A stretch of 61,033 bases of DNA, the filler included, from Nemertoderma westbladi (taxonomy: Eukaryota; Animalia; Xenacoelomorpha), in the NCBI GenBank assembly GCA_032718475.1. It is 3 parts of 3 records of this genome, joined end to end, with 100 filler letters (N's around TTAATTAATTAA, not from the genome) between each part and the next. Parts side by side here need not be neighbours in the genome. Positions count along the whole stretch, not along the records: positions 22,830 to 42,534 come from JAUCBJ010001898.1; 2 more parts are not named here. One strand, written 5' to 3'. Positions 22,830 to 35,476 of this stretch are shown here, in pieces. Below the pieces are notes generated by a model that saw only the letters and a program-made list of their open reading frames with translations, made no database searches and had not been told where the DNA came from. Within the stretch, counting starts at the first letter, position 1, and every line of letters starts with the position of its first letter. The translations under genes were made by a program, and so were the position numbers.

Positions 22830-25800
22830 TCAATCAATCAATCCCACCCTCCACAGATCCTCCTGTACTTCCAACTCCGTCTCCCACACCCTCCACAGAT
22901 CCTCCCGTACTTCAGGCTCCGTCTCCCACATCCTCCACAGACCTTCCTGTACTTCCCACTACGTCTTCGACACCCTTCACATATCCTCATGTACTTCCAA
23001 CTCCGTCTCCCACACTCTCCACAGATCCTCCTGTAGGCCTACTTCCCACTCCGTCACCCACACCCTCCACAGACCTTCATGTACTTCCCAATCCTTCTCC
23101 CACATCCTCCACAGATCCTCTTGTACTTCCCACTCCGTCTCCCACACCCTCCACAGATCCTCCTGTACTTCCCACTCCGTCTCCCACACCCTCCACAGAT
23201 CCCCCCATACCTCCCTCTCCGTCTCCCACACCCTCCACAGATCGCCCATACCACCCACTCCGTCTCCTACACCCTCTACAGAATCTCCTGTACTTCCCAC
23301 ACCCTCCACAGATCCTTCCATACCTCCCACTCAATCTCCCACACCCTTCACAGATCCTCCTCTACTTCCCAGTCCGTCTCCCACACCCTCCACAGATCCT
23401 CTTGTACTTCCCACTCCGTCTCCCACACCCTCCACAGATCCTCCTGTACTTCCCACTCCGTCTCCCACACCCTCCATAGATCCTCCTGTACTTCTCACTC
23501 CGTCTCCCACACCTTCCACAGATCCTCTTGTACTTCCCATTCCGTCTCCCACACCCTCCACAGATCCACTTGTACTTCCCACTCCATCTCCCACACCCTC
23601 CACAGATCCCCCCATACCTCCCACACCCTCCACAGATCCCCCCATACCTCCCACACCCTCCACAGATCCTCCTGTACTTCCCACTCCGTCTCCCACACCC
23701 TCCATAGATCCTCCTGTACTTCCCACTCCGTCTCCCACACCCTCCACAGATCCTCTTGCACTTCCCATTCCGTCTCCCACACCCTCCACAGACCTTCCTG
23801 TACTTCACACTCCGTCTCCCACACCCTCCACAGATCCTCCCGTACTTCCCACTCCATCTTTCCCACCCTCCACAGATCCTCCTGTACTTCCCACTCCGTC
23901 TCCCACACCCTCCACAGATCTTCCCGTACTTCCCACTCCGTCTCCTACACCCTCCACAGACCTTCCTGTACTTCCCACTACGTCTCCCACACCCTCCACA
24001 GATCCTCTTGTACTTCCCACTCCGTCTCCCACACTCTCCACAGATCCGCCTGTACTTCCCACTACGTCTCCCACACCCTCCACAGATCCACTTGTACTTC
24101 CCACTCCATCTCCCACACCCTCCACAGATCCGCCTGTACTTCCCACTCCATCTTTCCCACCCTCCACAGATCCTCCTGTACTTCCCACTCCGTCTCCCAC
24201 ACCCTCCACAGATCTTCCCGTACTTCCCACTCCGTCTCCTACACCCTCCACAGACCTTCCTGTACTTCCCACTACGTCTCCCACACCCTCCACAGATCCT
24301 CTTGTACTTCCCACTCCATCTCCCACACCCTCCACAGATCCGCCTGTACTTCCCACTCCATCTTTCCCACCCTCCACAGATCCTCCTGTACTTCCCACTC
24401 CGTCTCCCACACCCTCCACAGATCCTCCTGTACTTCCCACTCCGTCTCCCACACCCTCCACAGATCTTCCCGTACTTCCCACTCCGTCTCCTACACCCTC
24501 CACAGACCTTCCTGTACTTCCCACTACGTCTCCCACACCCTCCACAGATCCTCCTGTATTTCCCACTCCGTCTCCCACACCCTCCACAGATCCTCCTGTA
24601 TTTCCCACTCCGTCTCCAACACCCTCCGCAGATCCGCCTGTACTTCCGTCTCCGTCTCCCACACCCTCCACAGACCTTCCTGTACTTCCCACTCCATCTC
24701 CCACACCCTCCACAGATCCTCCTGTACTTCCAACTCCGTCTCCCACAGCCTACACAGATCCGCCTGTACTTCCTTCTCCGTCTCCCACACCCTCCACAGA
24801 CCTTTCCTGTACTTCCCACTCCGTCTCCCACACCCTCCACAGATCATCTTGTACTTCCCACTCCGTCTCCCACACCCTCCACAGATCATCTTGTACTTCC
24901 CACTCCATCTCACACACCCTCCACAGATCCTCCTGTACTTCCAACTCCGTCTCCCAAACCCTCCACAAACCTTCCTGTACTTCCCACACCGTCTCCCACA
25001 CCCTCCACAGATCATCTTGTACTTCCCGCTCCGTCTCCCACACCCTCCACAGACCTTCCTGTACTTCCCACTCTGTCTCCCACACTCTCCACAGATCCGC
25101 CTGTACTTCAGGCTCCGTCTCCCACATCCTCCACAGACCTTCCTGTACTTCCCACTACGTCTTCGACACCCTTCACATATCCTGCTGTACTTCCCACTCC
25201 GTCACCCACACCCTCCACAGACCTTCATGTACTTCCCAATCCTTCTCCCACATCCTCCACAGATCCTCTTGTACTTCCCACTCCGTCTCCCACACCCTCC
25301 ACAGATCCTCCTGTACTTCCCACTCCGTCTCCCACACCCTCCACAGATCCCCCCATCCCTCCCTCTCCGTCTCCCACACCCTCCACAGATCGCCCATACC
25401 ACCCACTCCGTCTCCCACACCCTCCACAGAATCTCCTGTACTTCCCACACCCTCCACAGATCCTTCCATACCTCCCACTCAATCTCCCACACCCTTCACA
25501 TATCCTCATGTACTTCCAACTCCGTCTCCCACACCCTCCACAGATCATCCTGTACTTCCCACTCCGCCTCCCACACCCTCCACAGATCCTCTTGTACTTC
25601 CCATTCCGTCTCCCACACCTTCCATAAATCCTCCTGTACTTCCCACTCCGTCTCCCACACCCTCCATAGATCCTCCTGTACTTCCGTCTCCGTCTCCCAC
25701 ACCCTCCACAGACCTTCCTGTACTTCCCACTCCATCTCCCACACCCTCCACAGACCCTCTTGTACTTCCCACTCCGTCTCCCACACCTTCCATAGATCCT

Positions 25801-26737
25801 CCTGTACTTCCCACTCCGTCTCCCACACCCTCCACAGATCCTCCTGTAGGCCTACTTCCCACTCCGTCACCCACACCCTCCACAGACCTTCATGTACTTC
25901 CCAATCCTTCTCCCACATCCTCCACAGATCCTCCTGTAGGCCTACTTCCCACTCCGTCACCCACACCCTCCACAGACCTTCATGTACTTCCCAATCCTTC
26001 TCCCACATCCTCCACAGATCCTCTTGTACTTCCCACTCCGTCTCCCACACCCTCCACAGATCCTCTTGTACTTCCCATTCCGTCTCCCACACTCTCCACA
26101 GATCCTCCTGTAGGCCTACTTCCCACTCCGTCACCCACACCCTCCACAGACCTTCATGTACTTCCCAATCCTTCTCCCACATCCTCCACAGATCCTCTTG
26201 TACTTCCCACTCCTTCTCCCACACCCTCCACAGATCCCCCCATACCTCCCTCTCCGTCTCCCACACCCTCCACAGATCCTCCTGTATTTCCCACTCCGTC
26301 TCCCACACCCTCCGCAGATCCGCCTGTACTTCCTTCTCCGTCTCCCACACCCTCCACAGACCTTCCTGTACTTCCCACTCCGTCTCCCACACCCTCCACA
26401 GATCATCTTGTACTTCCCACTCCATCTCACACACCCTCCACAGATCCTCCTGTACTTCCAACTCCGTCTCCCAAACCCTCCACAAACCTTCCTGTACTTC
26501 CCACACAGTCTCCCACACCCTCCACAGATCATCTTGTACTTCCCACTCCGTCTCCCACACTCTCCACAGACCTTCCTGTACTTCCCACTCTGTCTCCCAC
26601 ACCCTGCACAGATCATCTTGTACTTCCCACTCCGTCTCCCACACTCTCCACAGATCCGCCTGTACTTCAGGCTCCGTCTCCCACATCCTCCACAGACCTT
26701 CCTGTACTTCCCACTACGTCTTCGACACCCTTCACAT

Positions 26738-29700
26738 GTTGTGATCCTATCGGAAAGACAGATGAAGAAGGTGGCAGGGTGAAAGGGTTTAGCTCCTTTG
26801 TCATCACATGTAAGTCCGAGGAGGTGGAACAACTACTCGACGGTAATAACTGGCCCAAGTATAGTCGTATTAGGCCCTTTGTAGGGTACTGGAGAGGAGC
26901 TGCCAAACCGGTAGCCGAGTTTCTTCCGGCGAACGGCACCGCGGGTAATTCTGTGAATGTAACGACGCCGACGCCCGTCTAATGCGTAACTAACTGTGCT
27001 ATTCGACGATATAGTATAATTATTGTATATATTGTTTGTTTATTGTGTTATTGTATATAATGATTGGTTTTTTTCCTGGTTTCTAATTTTCATATTTTTT
27101 TAAAATGGCTAATTTGAATATTGTATCTTATAATTGTAATTCGGTTAGGACGCTAGATTCAATGAACACCATTAGGGAGTTGTGCAATCAATCGAAGGAT
27201 ATAATTATTTTACAGGAGCACATGCTCCCAGTCCAGGATCTCAGTTTTTTGGGGAGCATTGATAACCGCTACTTAGCCGTAGGTATTTCGCCTGTGGATT
27301 ATAGCGCTGGACTACTGAGAGGGCGACCTTTTGGTGGTCTCGCGATACTATATAAGCGCAGTATTGCAGCTGCCATAGAGTGTGTGAAGTATGATGATAA
27401 CAGAATTTTGGGGGTGAAAATTAAATTACACAATGATCAGTATATTTTGCTTCTCAATATATACTTACCCTATCAGTGTAAGGATAATGAGGCTGAATTT
27501 CTAGATTATCTTGGCCGTATTAGTGCAATCACTGACTGTGCTAATACACCATATTGTTTAGTTTTTGGGGATTTTAATGCGGATATTAACACTGAATTCT
27601 TTACTTACGTATCCGATTGGTGCAGTGATAGTAACTTGCATTTATGTGATGTAATGAATTTGCCAGTAGGTACTGATACTTACGTTAGTGCCGCCCATGG
27701 GTCTCGCTCGTGGCTTGACCATGCAGTATGTACCGGTTCCTTATTACCGTGTATCAATAATTTTTATGTTCATGATGAATTATCTGTAGATGATCATTCC
27801 CCGATTTCGTGCAATATATCTGTTCCGGCTACTCTTTTCCAGACAACCGTTACCACGTCGCATGCTGCGAGTAGCCCGAATGTTCGTGTTTTTGATTGGA
27901 GTAAAGCAACACCGCTTCAATGTCAACAATATGAGTTGACATTATCTAAATTGTTGTCAGAGATTGTGGTGCCATTAGCAGCCTTACAATGTCACAATAG
28001 CAAGTGTACGGTACATAAATGTTTAGTAGATAATTATCATAACAATATCACCAAAGCTATGCTAGATGCTGCAGCGCAATGCATTCCAATTAGACGCGGT
28101 GGTGTTGGTATAGATAATAGTAAGAACATTCCCGGTTGGAATGAGTATTTGAAAGATAGATATAATTATTCAAGGCTAATGTTTCGCGTGTGGCGCTCGA
28201 ATGGGTGTCCCAGGCAAGGTAATATATTTGATGAGTATATGCAAACCAAACTTGAATTTAAAAGGAGTATGCGGAACGCTAGGCGAAATGTAGCTAAGAT
28301 AAAAAGTGACAAGCTGGCTGAGTCGGTTTACTCAACCAATCAGAAAGAGTTTTGGTCGAATGTCCGAAAGCTCAGCGGTTCCAGTACTCCTTTATCAAAT
28401 AAAGTGGGTGACGCCGTAGGTGAGGAAAATGTGTGTAACCTTTTTAAAAATAAATTTGAAAATTTATATAACTCAAAGCAGGCAGATGTTCACAAAGAGT
28501 TTGTAGAAGGTGCTTTATCAGATATTAAATTTAGTGCAGAAATGATTGTGAAACCTATAGAAATTGTTTTTGCTGTAGATAAGTTAGTTAAGGGTAAAGC
28601 GACTGGTCCTGATAACTTATCAAGTGAGCATTATTTACATAGTCCTTATAATTTAAAAGTTCACTTAGCCAATCTATTTACGATTATTAATGTGCATGGA
28701 TATATTCCGCCTGGTGTATTAGTTAGTAACATGATTCCCCTTGTAAAGGACAAGAACGATGACATAACCAGCATCGATAATTATAGGGGTATTGCTATTT
28801 CTACTGTATATAGCAAAGTATTAGAATTGGTTTACTTAGAACGTTTCTGTGATAAGTTATTTACATCGGATTCACAATTTGGTTTTAAGAAAGGCTCAGG
28901 GACTGATTTGTGTATTTTTACACTTAAAGAAATGGTACAGTATTACCTGGATAATGATAGTGCTGTGTATGTTTGTTTTATTGACAGTTCGAAAGCCTAC
29001 GATTTAGTTAATCACTACACATTATTTCGGAAACTGATAAATAGGGGTGTTCCGTTATTTTATATTAGGGTATTATGTATGTGGTATAGATCACAGGTTC
29101 TTTTTGTAAAATGGGGGGAGTGCATATCAGAGAGTTTTCAGGTTTCAAATGGTACGAAACAGGGTGGGATATTATCGCCGTACCTGTATAGTGTGTATAT
29201 AGATGACCTAAGTAAGGAACTTTCTAATTCGGGGATAGGGTGTCAAATGTCAGGGGTCCGTATTAATAATTTAATGTACGCGGATGACTTAGCGATATGT
29301 TCGAATTCGATTAATGGGTTACAAAAGTTACTTCATATTTTTGAATCGTACGCATTAGAACATTGTATAAAAGTAAATTGTAAGAAAACCAAGTGCTTAT
29401 TTTATTTTCCAAAATGTGCGAAGAATACAGATGTCGGTCAGGTTACAATTAATGGTCTTAATATTGAAGTAGTGTCAGAGGTAAAGTACTTAGGGCACAT
29501 CCTGTGTAGCTCTACCGATGATGATTTTGATATTTACAATCAACTTCGTAGTTTTTATAGGCGTGCGAATATTATAATTAGGAGATTCGGGGGGTGCTCG
29601 GTTACGGTAAAAATTAAATTATTTCGTAGTTTTTGTACCCAGGTATACTGTAATTATCTGTGGGCCAGGTCAAATTATTCTAGTATGGTGCATAATAAGT

Positions 29701-30087
29701 TTAGGGTAGCGTATAATAATACAGCAAGGAGGTTATTCAAATTTCCATGGGGGTGCAGTGCTTCGTATATGTTTGGTAGCCTGGGGTTACCAAAGTTTAT
29801 TCATATTAGATCGGGGGCTATAACGTCTTTTTTAGGCCGTGCCTATAGTTGCCCGAATAGCCTCGTACAGGCAACTATTATGACCACTTGCTGCCATAGT
29901 AGAATCATGGGGATGTCTGTTTTAAGAAATTGGGCTGAATAATGGTCTTATTAATTTATTACGTGTACATACAATTGTGTTTCCTTACTACATTACTTTA
30001 CTCTACTTTTTGTTTGTGCTAGAACTATAGGCCATGTACGTTATGGGACACCAGGGAAACTTGGGGGTCCTGGAATAAACAATTATT
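26738..30087 (+). mobile_element. 5'-truncated LINE (CR1/L2 group, clade unresolved) with ORF1 C-terminus and intact ORF2
   Basis: ORF1 tail SSFVITC...LLDGNNWPKYSRIRPF (to 26982), then ORF2, then a 3' UTR with a stem-loop, AATAAA and a short (ATT)n tail. Both junctions fall in one satellite unit (CCTTCACAT|ATCCTCATG). Confidence 0.93.
27105..29942 (+). CDS. LINE ORF2: APE endonuclease plus reverse transcriptase, 945 aa, uninterrupted
   Basis: APE motifs SYNCN, LQEH, NIYLP, GDFNAD, LDH and DDHSP. RT motifs NYRGI, QFGFK, DSSKAYD, QGGILSP, YADD and KYLG. Confidence 0.95.
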   Translation: MANLNIVSYNCNSVRTLDSMNTIRELCNQSKDIIILQEHMLPVQDLSFLGSIDNRYLAVGISPVDYSAGLLRGRPFGGLAILYKRSIAAAIECVKYDDNRILGVKIKLHNDQYILLLNIYLPYQCKDNEAEFLDYLGRISAITDCANTPYCLVFGDFNADINTEFFTYVSDWCSDSNLHLCDVMNLPVGTDTYVSAAHGSRSWLDHAVCTGSLLPCINNFYVHDELSVDDHSPISCNISVPATLFQTTVTTSHAASSPNVRVFDWSKATPLQCQQYELTLSKLLSEIVVPLAALQCHNSKCTVHKCLVDNYHNNITKAMLDAAAQCIPIRRGGVGIDNSKNIPGWNEYLKDRYNYSRLMFRVWRSNGCPRQGNIFDEYMQTKLEFKRSMRNARRNVAKIKSDKLAESVYSTNQKEFWSNVRKLSGSSTPLSNKVGDAVGEENVCNLFKNKFENLYNSKQADVHKEFVEGALSDIKFSAEMIVKPIEIVFAVDKLVKGKATGPDNLSSEHYLHSPYNLKVHLANLFTIINVHGYIPPGVLVSNMIPLVKDKNDDITSIDNYRGIAISTVYSKVLELVYLERFCDKLFTSDSQFGFKKGSGTDLCIFTLKEMVQYYLDNDSAVYVCFIDSSKAYDLVNHYTLFRKLINRGVPLFYIRVLCMWYRSQVLFVKWGECISESFQVSNGTKQGGILSPYLYSVYIDDLSKELSNSGIGCQMSGVRINNLMYADDLAICSNSINGLQKLLHIFESYALEHCIKVNCKKTKCLFYFPKCAKNTDVGQVTINGLNIEVVSEVKYLGHILCSSTDDDFDIYNQLRSFYRRANIIIRRFGGCSVTVKIKLFRSFCTQVYCNYLWARSNYSSMVHNKFRVAYNNTARRLFKFPWGCSASYMFGSLGLPKFIHIRSGAITSFLGRAYSCPNSLVQATIMTTCCHSRIMGMSVLRNWAE

Positions 30088-32639
30088 ATATCCTCATGTA
30101 CTTCCAACTCCGTCTCTCACACTCTCCACAGATCCTCCTGTAGGCCTACTTCCCACTCCGTCACCCACACCCTCCACAGACCTTCATGTACTTCCCAATC
30201 CTTCTCCCACAGATCCTCTTGTACTTCCCACTCCGTCTCCCACACCCTCTACAGATCCTCCTGTACTTCCCACTCCGTCTCCCACACCCTCCATAGATCC
30301 CCCCATACCTCCCTCTCCGTCTCCCACAGCCTCCACAGATCGCCCATACCACCCACTCCGTCTCCCACACCCTCCACAGAATCTCATGTACTTCCCACAC
30401 CCTCCACAGATCCTTCCATACCTTCCACTCAATCTCCCAAACCCTTCACATATCCTCATGTACTTCCAACTCCGTCTCCCACACCCTCCACAGATCATCC
30501 TGTACTTCCCACTCCGCCTCCCACACCCTCCACAGATCCTCTTGTACTTCCCATTCCGTCTCCCACACCCTCCGCAGATCCTCTTGTACTTCCCACTCCG
30601 TCTCCCACACCCTCCATAGATCCTCCTATACTTCTCACTCCGTCTCCCACACCCTCCACAGATCCTCTTGTACATCCCATTCCGTCTCCCACACCCTCCA
30701 CAGATCCACTTGTACTTCCCACTCCATCTCCCACACCCTCCACAGATCTCCCCATACCTCCCACTCCGTCTCCCACACCCTCCACAGATCCTCCTGTACT
30801 TCCAACTCCGTCTCCCACACCCTACACAGACCTTCCTGTACTTCCCACTCCGTCTCCCACACCCTCCACAGATCATCTTGTACTTCCCACTCCGTCTCCC
30901 ACACCCTCCACAGATCATATTGTACTTCCCACTCCGTCTTCCACACCCTCCACAGATCCTCCTGTACTTCCAAATCCGTCTCCCACACCCTCCACAGACC
31001 TTCCTTTACTTCCCACACCGTCTCCCACACCCTCCACAGACCTTCCTGTACTTCCCACTCCGTCTCCCACACCCTCCACAGATCATCTTGTACTTCCCAC
31101 TCCGTCTCCCATACCCTCCACAGATCATCTTGTACTTCCCACTCCGTCTCCTACACCCTCCACAGACCTTCCTGTACTTCCAACTCTGTCTCCCACACTC
31201 TCCACAGATCCGCCTGTACTTCCGTCTCCGACTCCCACACCCTCCACAGACCTTCCTGTACTTCCCACTACGTCTTTCACACCCTTCACATATCCTCATG
31301 TACTTCCAACTCCGTCTCCCACACACTCCACAGATCGTCCTGTAGGCCTACTTCCCACTCCGTCACCCACACCCACCACAGACCTTCATGTACTTCCCAC
31401 TCCTTCTCCCACATCCTCCACAGATCCTCTTGTACTTCCCACTCCGTCTCCCACACCCTCCACAGATCCTCCTGTACTTCCCACTCCGTCTCGCACATCC
31501 TCCACAGATCCCCCCATACCTCCCACTCCGTCTCCCACACCCTCCATAGATCCCCCATACCACCCACACCGTCTCCCACACCCTCCACAGTATCTCCTGT
31601 ACTTCCCACACCCTCCACAGATCCTTCCATACCTCCCACTCAATCTCCCACACCCTTCACATATCCTCATGTACTTCCAACACCGTCTCCCACACCCTCC
31701 ATAGATCCTCCTGTACTTCTCACTCTGTCTCCCACACCCTCCACAGATCCTCTTGTACTTCCCATTCCGTCTCCCACACCCTCCACAGATCCACTTGTAT
31801 TTCCCACTCCGTCTCCCACACCCTCCACAGATCCCCCCTTACCTCCCACTCCGTCTCCCACACCCTCCACAGATCCTCTTGCACTTCCCATTCCGCCTCC
31901 CACACCCTCCACAGTTCTTCCTGTATTTCCCACTCCGTCTCCCACACCCTCCACAGATCCTACTGTATTTCCCACTCCGTCTCCCACACCCTCCGCAGAT
32001 CCGCCTGTACTTTCCGTCTCCCTCTCCCACACCCACCACAGACCTTCCTGTACTTCCCACTCCGTCTCCCACACCCTCCACAGATCATCTTGTACTTCCA
32101 CTCCGTTTCCCACACCCTCAACAGATCCTCCTGTATTTCCCACTCCGTCTCCCACACCCTCCACAGATCCTCCAGTACTTCTAACTCCGTCTCCCACACC
32201 CTCCACAGACCTTCCTGTACTTCCCACTCCGTCTCCCACACCCTCCACAGATCCTCATGTAGGCCTACTTTCCACTCCGTCTCCCACACCCTCCGTAGAT
32301 CCGTCTGTACTTCCCACTCCGTCTCCCACACCCTCCACAGATCTTCCTGTACTTCCCACGCCGTCTCCCACACCCTCCACAGATCCTCCTGTATTTCCCA
32401 CTCCGTCTCCCACACCCTCCACAGATCCTCTTGTACTTCCCACTCCGTCTCCCACACCCTCCACAGACCTTCCTGTACTTCCCACTCCGTCTCCACTCAC
32501 TCCTCCCACTGCTCCCCTTGCACCTCTACCTTTTCCCCTCTGACCTCCAACTGCTCCCCTTGCACCTCTATCATTTTCCCTCCCACCTCTAACTGATCCC
32601 CTCACAACTCTAATATTCTGCCCGCCCACCTCTAACACA

Positions 32640-33168
32640 TCATCTTGCACTTATACCGCTATCCCCTGCCTCGCCACCTCCACCTATATCTCTCACTTCT
32701 CCCTTACTTACATCATCAGCATCCAATATTCCATCTGATTCATCGTCTTCAATAGTTTCAATGACACCTTCCGCCTGAGACACATGGACTGCCACGCCAT
32801 GCTCGATGCAGAATAGTGGACTCACTTTCGTACAAGAAATATTTATCGTATAGTTATCGCCACCCTGGTTTTATATAATCTCGTGGGCCTTTCCTATTCC
32901 CTGGAGGGGGCCTATGTTACTTGGTATGGTATCCTTTACCAGTTCCACATCATTAGGCGAGTATGAAAATATCTTGGTTTTAATACGAGATTTCAGCATG
33001 GCAATCATGTCATTGAAACTAGGGGTATCGCCATCAATGTGCATGCCAATAATGTTTGACAATGTCCTCTTAATCGTTCCACCAACTCCATCCGCTGATC
33101 CCTTCCCGTGACCAGCCTCCAAATATATACAACGGATTTTCTTATTCTTAGCCTTAGCAACTTCATTA
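32640..33168 (-). pseudogene. C-terminal fragment of a DDD-type transposase (Sola-like HGKGxxDGxGG motif) with an in-frame stop
   Basis: KIRCIYLEAGHGKGSADGVGGTIKR...IGPLQGIGKAHEII*NQGG...ISCTKVSPLFCIEH... ORFs 32871-33122 and 32640-32825 are in the same frame. The superfamily assignment is from memory of the motif. Confidence 0.65.
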
Positions 33169-34252
33169 ATTTATTTATTTATTTAATATTTATTCCGGAC
33201 ACAATTGACATAATAATAATATAACTACCAAATTACACCAAAGGTCCATATGGGTCCATGCGGGTCCAAAGGCACAGTAAAATAAAATAAACATAATATT
33301 GAACAGCAGATAGAGATTACATATTTAAACACAGAAAGACAGATTATTATTAATTATATATTTCTAAAATTAATTATGTCTGGCATCTAGTAAAATTATC
33401 TTTCAATTCAGAAACATGGCTACAAAGATTACGTAATTGAGGTTAAAATAGTATTATCCGATTTATAAATTCTAGTAAAAAGAATGGCAATAGAAATTCG
33501 TCTGAGATGCAGCAAAGAGTGAAGTCTAAGTTCAGTAAGCATACCACTTGCACTGTAATTCACGTCATGGCTGTATTTAAAAAGTTTACGGACAGTGGTG
33601 TTGTAGGCTACGCGAAGCCGATTTAAGGTCGTATCTGCAAAATATTTATCGGCCCATAGAACATTACAATAAAAATTTATGCAGTAAGAATTATCGAGAT
33701 AAAAATTACCAGTATATAAATATGAACGTGACGCACTTTGTAGAAAAATACATTTAGACTTCTTAATATTAAAAGTTATAAAGTTAAATTTGGCATAAAA
33801 CGTGGAAATATTAATTAGATCTTGTAGGCCTGCTGATGATGTTGATATTAAGCAAATATCATCAGCATAAATTAAATGATTAACACACACATAGCCTACA
33901 TTAGCACCAGCTTTCGAGTTGCTCAGTAAATTACTTAGTTTGTCCATATACACATTAAATAAAAACGGTGAGATGATGCTGCCTTGACGCACACCATTAG
34001 TGCAGGTAAAGGGCCGGGAGAGATAACCGTCCCATAGTGCCTGTACAGTCTGAAAGTTATACCAATAAATAATTATATTTAATATATAGTCTGGAATATT
34101 CCTATCGGATAATTTCTTAAATAGAATATCATGATCAATACGATCAAATGCTTTGGTAGCATCAAGGAAAGATATATACACATTAGAACCTTTGCGTAGG
34201 TAAAAATTAATTAATTCTTTAATTGCATAGATGCACAGCTGAGTTCCGTGAC
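33168..34252 (-). mobile_element. 5'-truncated, internally deleted LINE related to the 26738-30087 element
   Basis: FLDATKAFDRIDH, GVRQGSIISP, YADD, RVAYN and SASGML; the KYLG region is missing. An AATAAA + (TAAA)n tail at about 33168-33198 abuts the transposase fragment. Confidence 0.9.
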
Positions 34253-34309
34253 CATAAACAAAATACCATTAAATAGAAATACAATTAATAGTCCAGCGGT
34301 TCTACTGAA

Positions 34310-35212
34310 GTGTTACAGATGAGACATGTCCCACTCTGTAGCCCAAATTTATTCGATTTACATGTTACATGTGGGACGTCCCGCCCTGTAACGATTTTTT
34401 GTGTTACAGGCTTTTGTTACAGGTGGGACAAAGCTCATGCTGATAAATGTAAAAGCAACTAAAGTCTATTCCATAGTCAATTGTTGCCACAAATGATTAC
34501 TCACGCAAAAGACCAATATCTGGGCTATCTGCTGATAATAAAATCTTCATATCATGTTTGTTAGAACTGATTCTAGAGCGTGGTAAAAAAAGCACTTGGC
34601 GTTACACATGGGACAATCCTAATTGAAATAATCGACTCGCACGTATAAAACCAGCCATATCTCCGGTTGTGTTTTGTATTTTTTCGTAAAATCTGGAACA
34701 TTCAACTTCTCGAAGATTATCCTTTCAAATAAGAATTTAGTTTATAGAATCCCAATAAAAACCTTTTGGTGAATTCAGGTGTTACCGTTTGGGACAAGTA
34801 ATTGTCAAAAATAGGGGTATATTATCTATTGTTTTATTTAAATATGATATCAATAAAACAATCTGGAAGTTATTCCATTGCATTCCTTTATTATTTAGCT
34901 TTAAAATGTGCTATAACTTGTTGAATTACACCCAGTAGATGTCAAATTACATCCCCCACAATGCAATGAACTTTTTTGGACAATTGAAAAACCTGCATTT
35001 TTTAGTACTAAAATAAGGTCTGTAAAATCTTCCAAAGTCGGAGTGGCAGTATGATTTTTTGTGCATCTGTTGGACCATAAAATTATCTTCAAAAAACATA
35101 TATAACATTACTAGGTTGCAAAAAAATATCATTCTAAAATTAAGTCGAATCGCGTGGGAAACGTTTTTGGCCATTTTTTGTGAGTTTGGGCCCCCAGTGG
35201 TAATAGGATTAA
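34310..35212. mobile_element. DNA transposon end with subterminal GTTACANNTGGGACA repeats and a CCCCAGTGGTAATAGG-A-TTAA terminus
   Basis: At least 5 copies of GTTACA(G/T/C)(G/A)TG(G/A)GAC, some inverted, at 34312-34796. The terminus at 35192-35212 nearly matches the right TIR of 35781-39831. Confidence 0.5.
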
Positions 35213-35476
35213 TTATCCGGGGGGAAATTGGCGGGGAGCAATTGCCCGGAAGAAATTGTCCTCGGGGGAATTAAAGGGGGGTTGGGAAGCTTTAAACATA
35301 ATTTAAAATTTCTTTGAAATAATAATAATAATTTACTATTATTTATATAGCGCCCAACTCTATAAATAGATTCTAATGACCCATTTAGATATTAAACGCT
35401 CTATTGTAGAGTTCTGTTTTTAAACCGACTTTAAAGTATTAAAAGACATAATTAATTGAATGTGGCGAGAATAATA

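Larger units (their letters stand above)
22844..32495. repeat. 42-bp C-rich minisatellite array (about 150 units), split by a LINE at 26738-30087
   Basis: Unit TCCCACACCCTCCACAGATCCTCCTGTACTTCCCACTCCGTC. Variant blocks recur, e.g. 22977-23330 is echoed about 2148 bp later and again at about 30090 and 31290. Confidence 0.97.

Noticed and set aside
22977-32596. Many long ORFs (up to 1221 aa) on both strands, including His/Ser-rich, mucin-like [13 protein letters not shown] and CGGC-repeat translations
   Set aside because: They are by-products of a 42-bp stop-poor unit that is open in most frames at once. They are broken by frameshifts and a LINE, with no start context or splice evidence.
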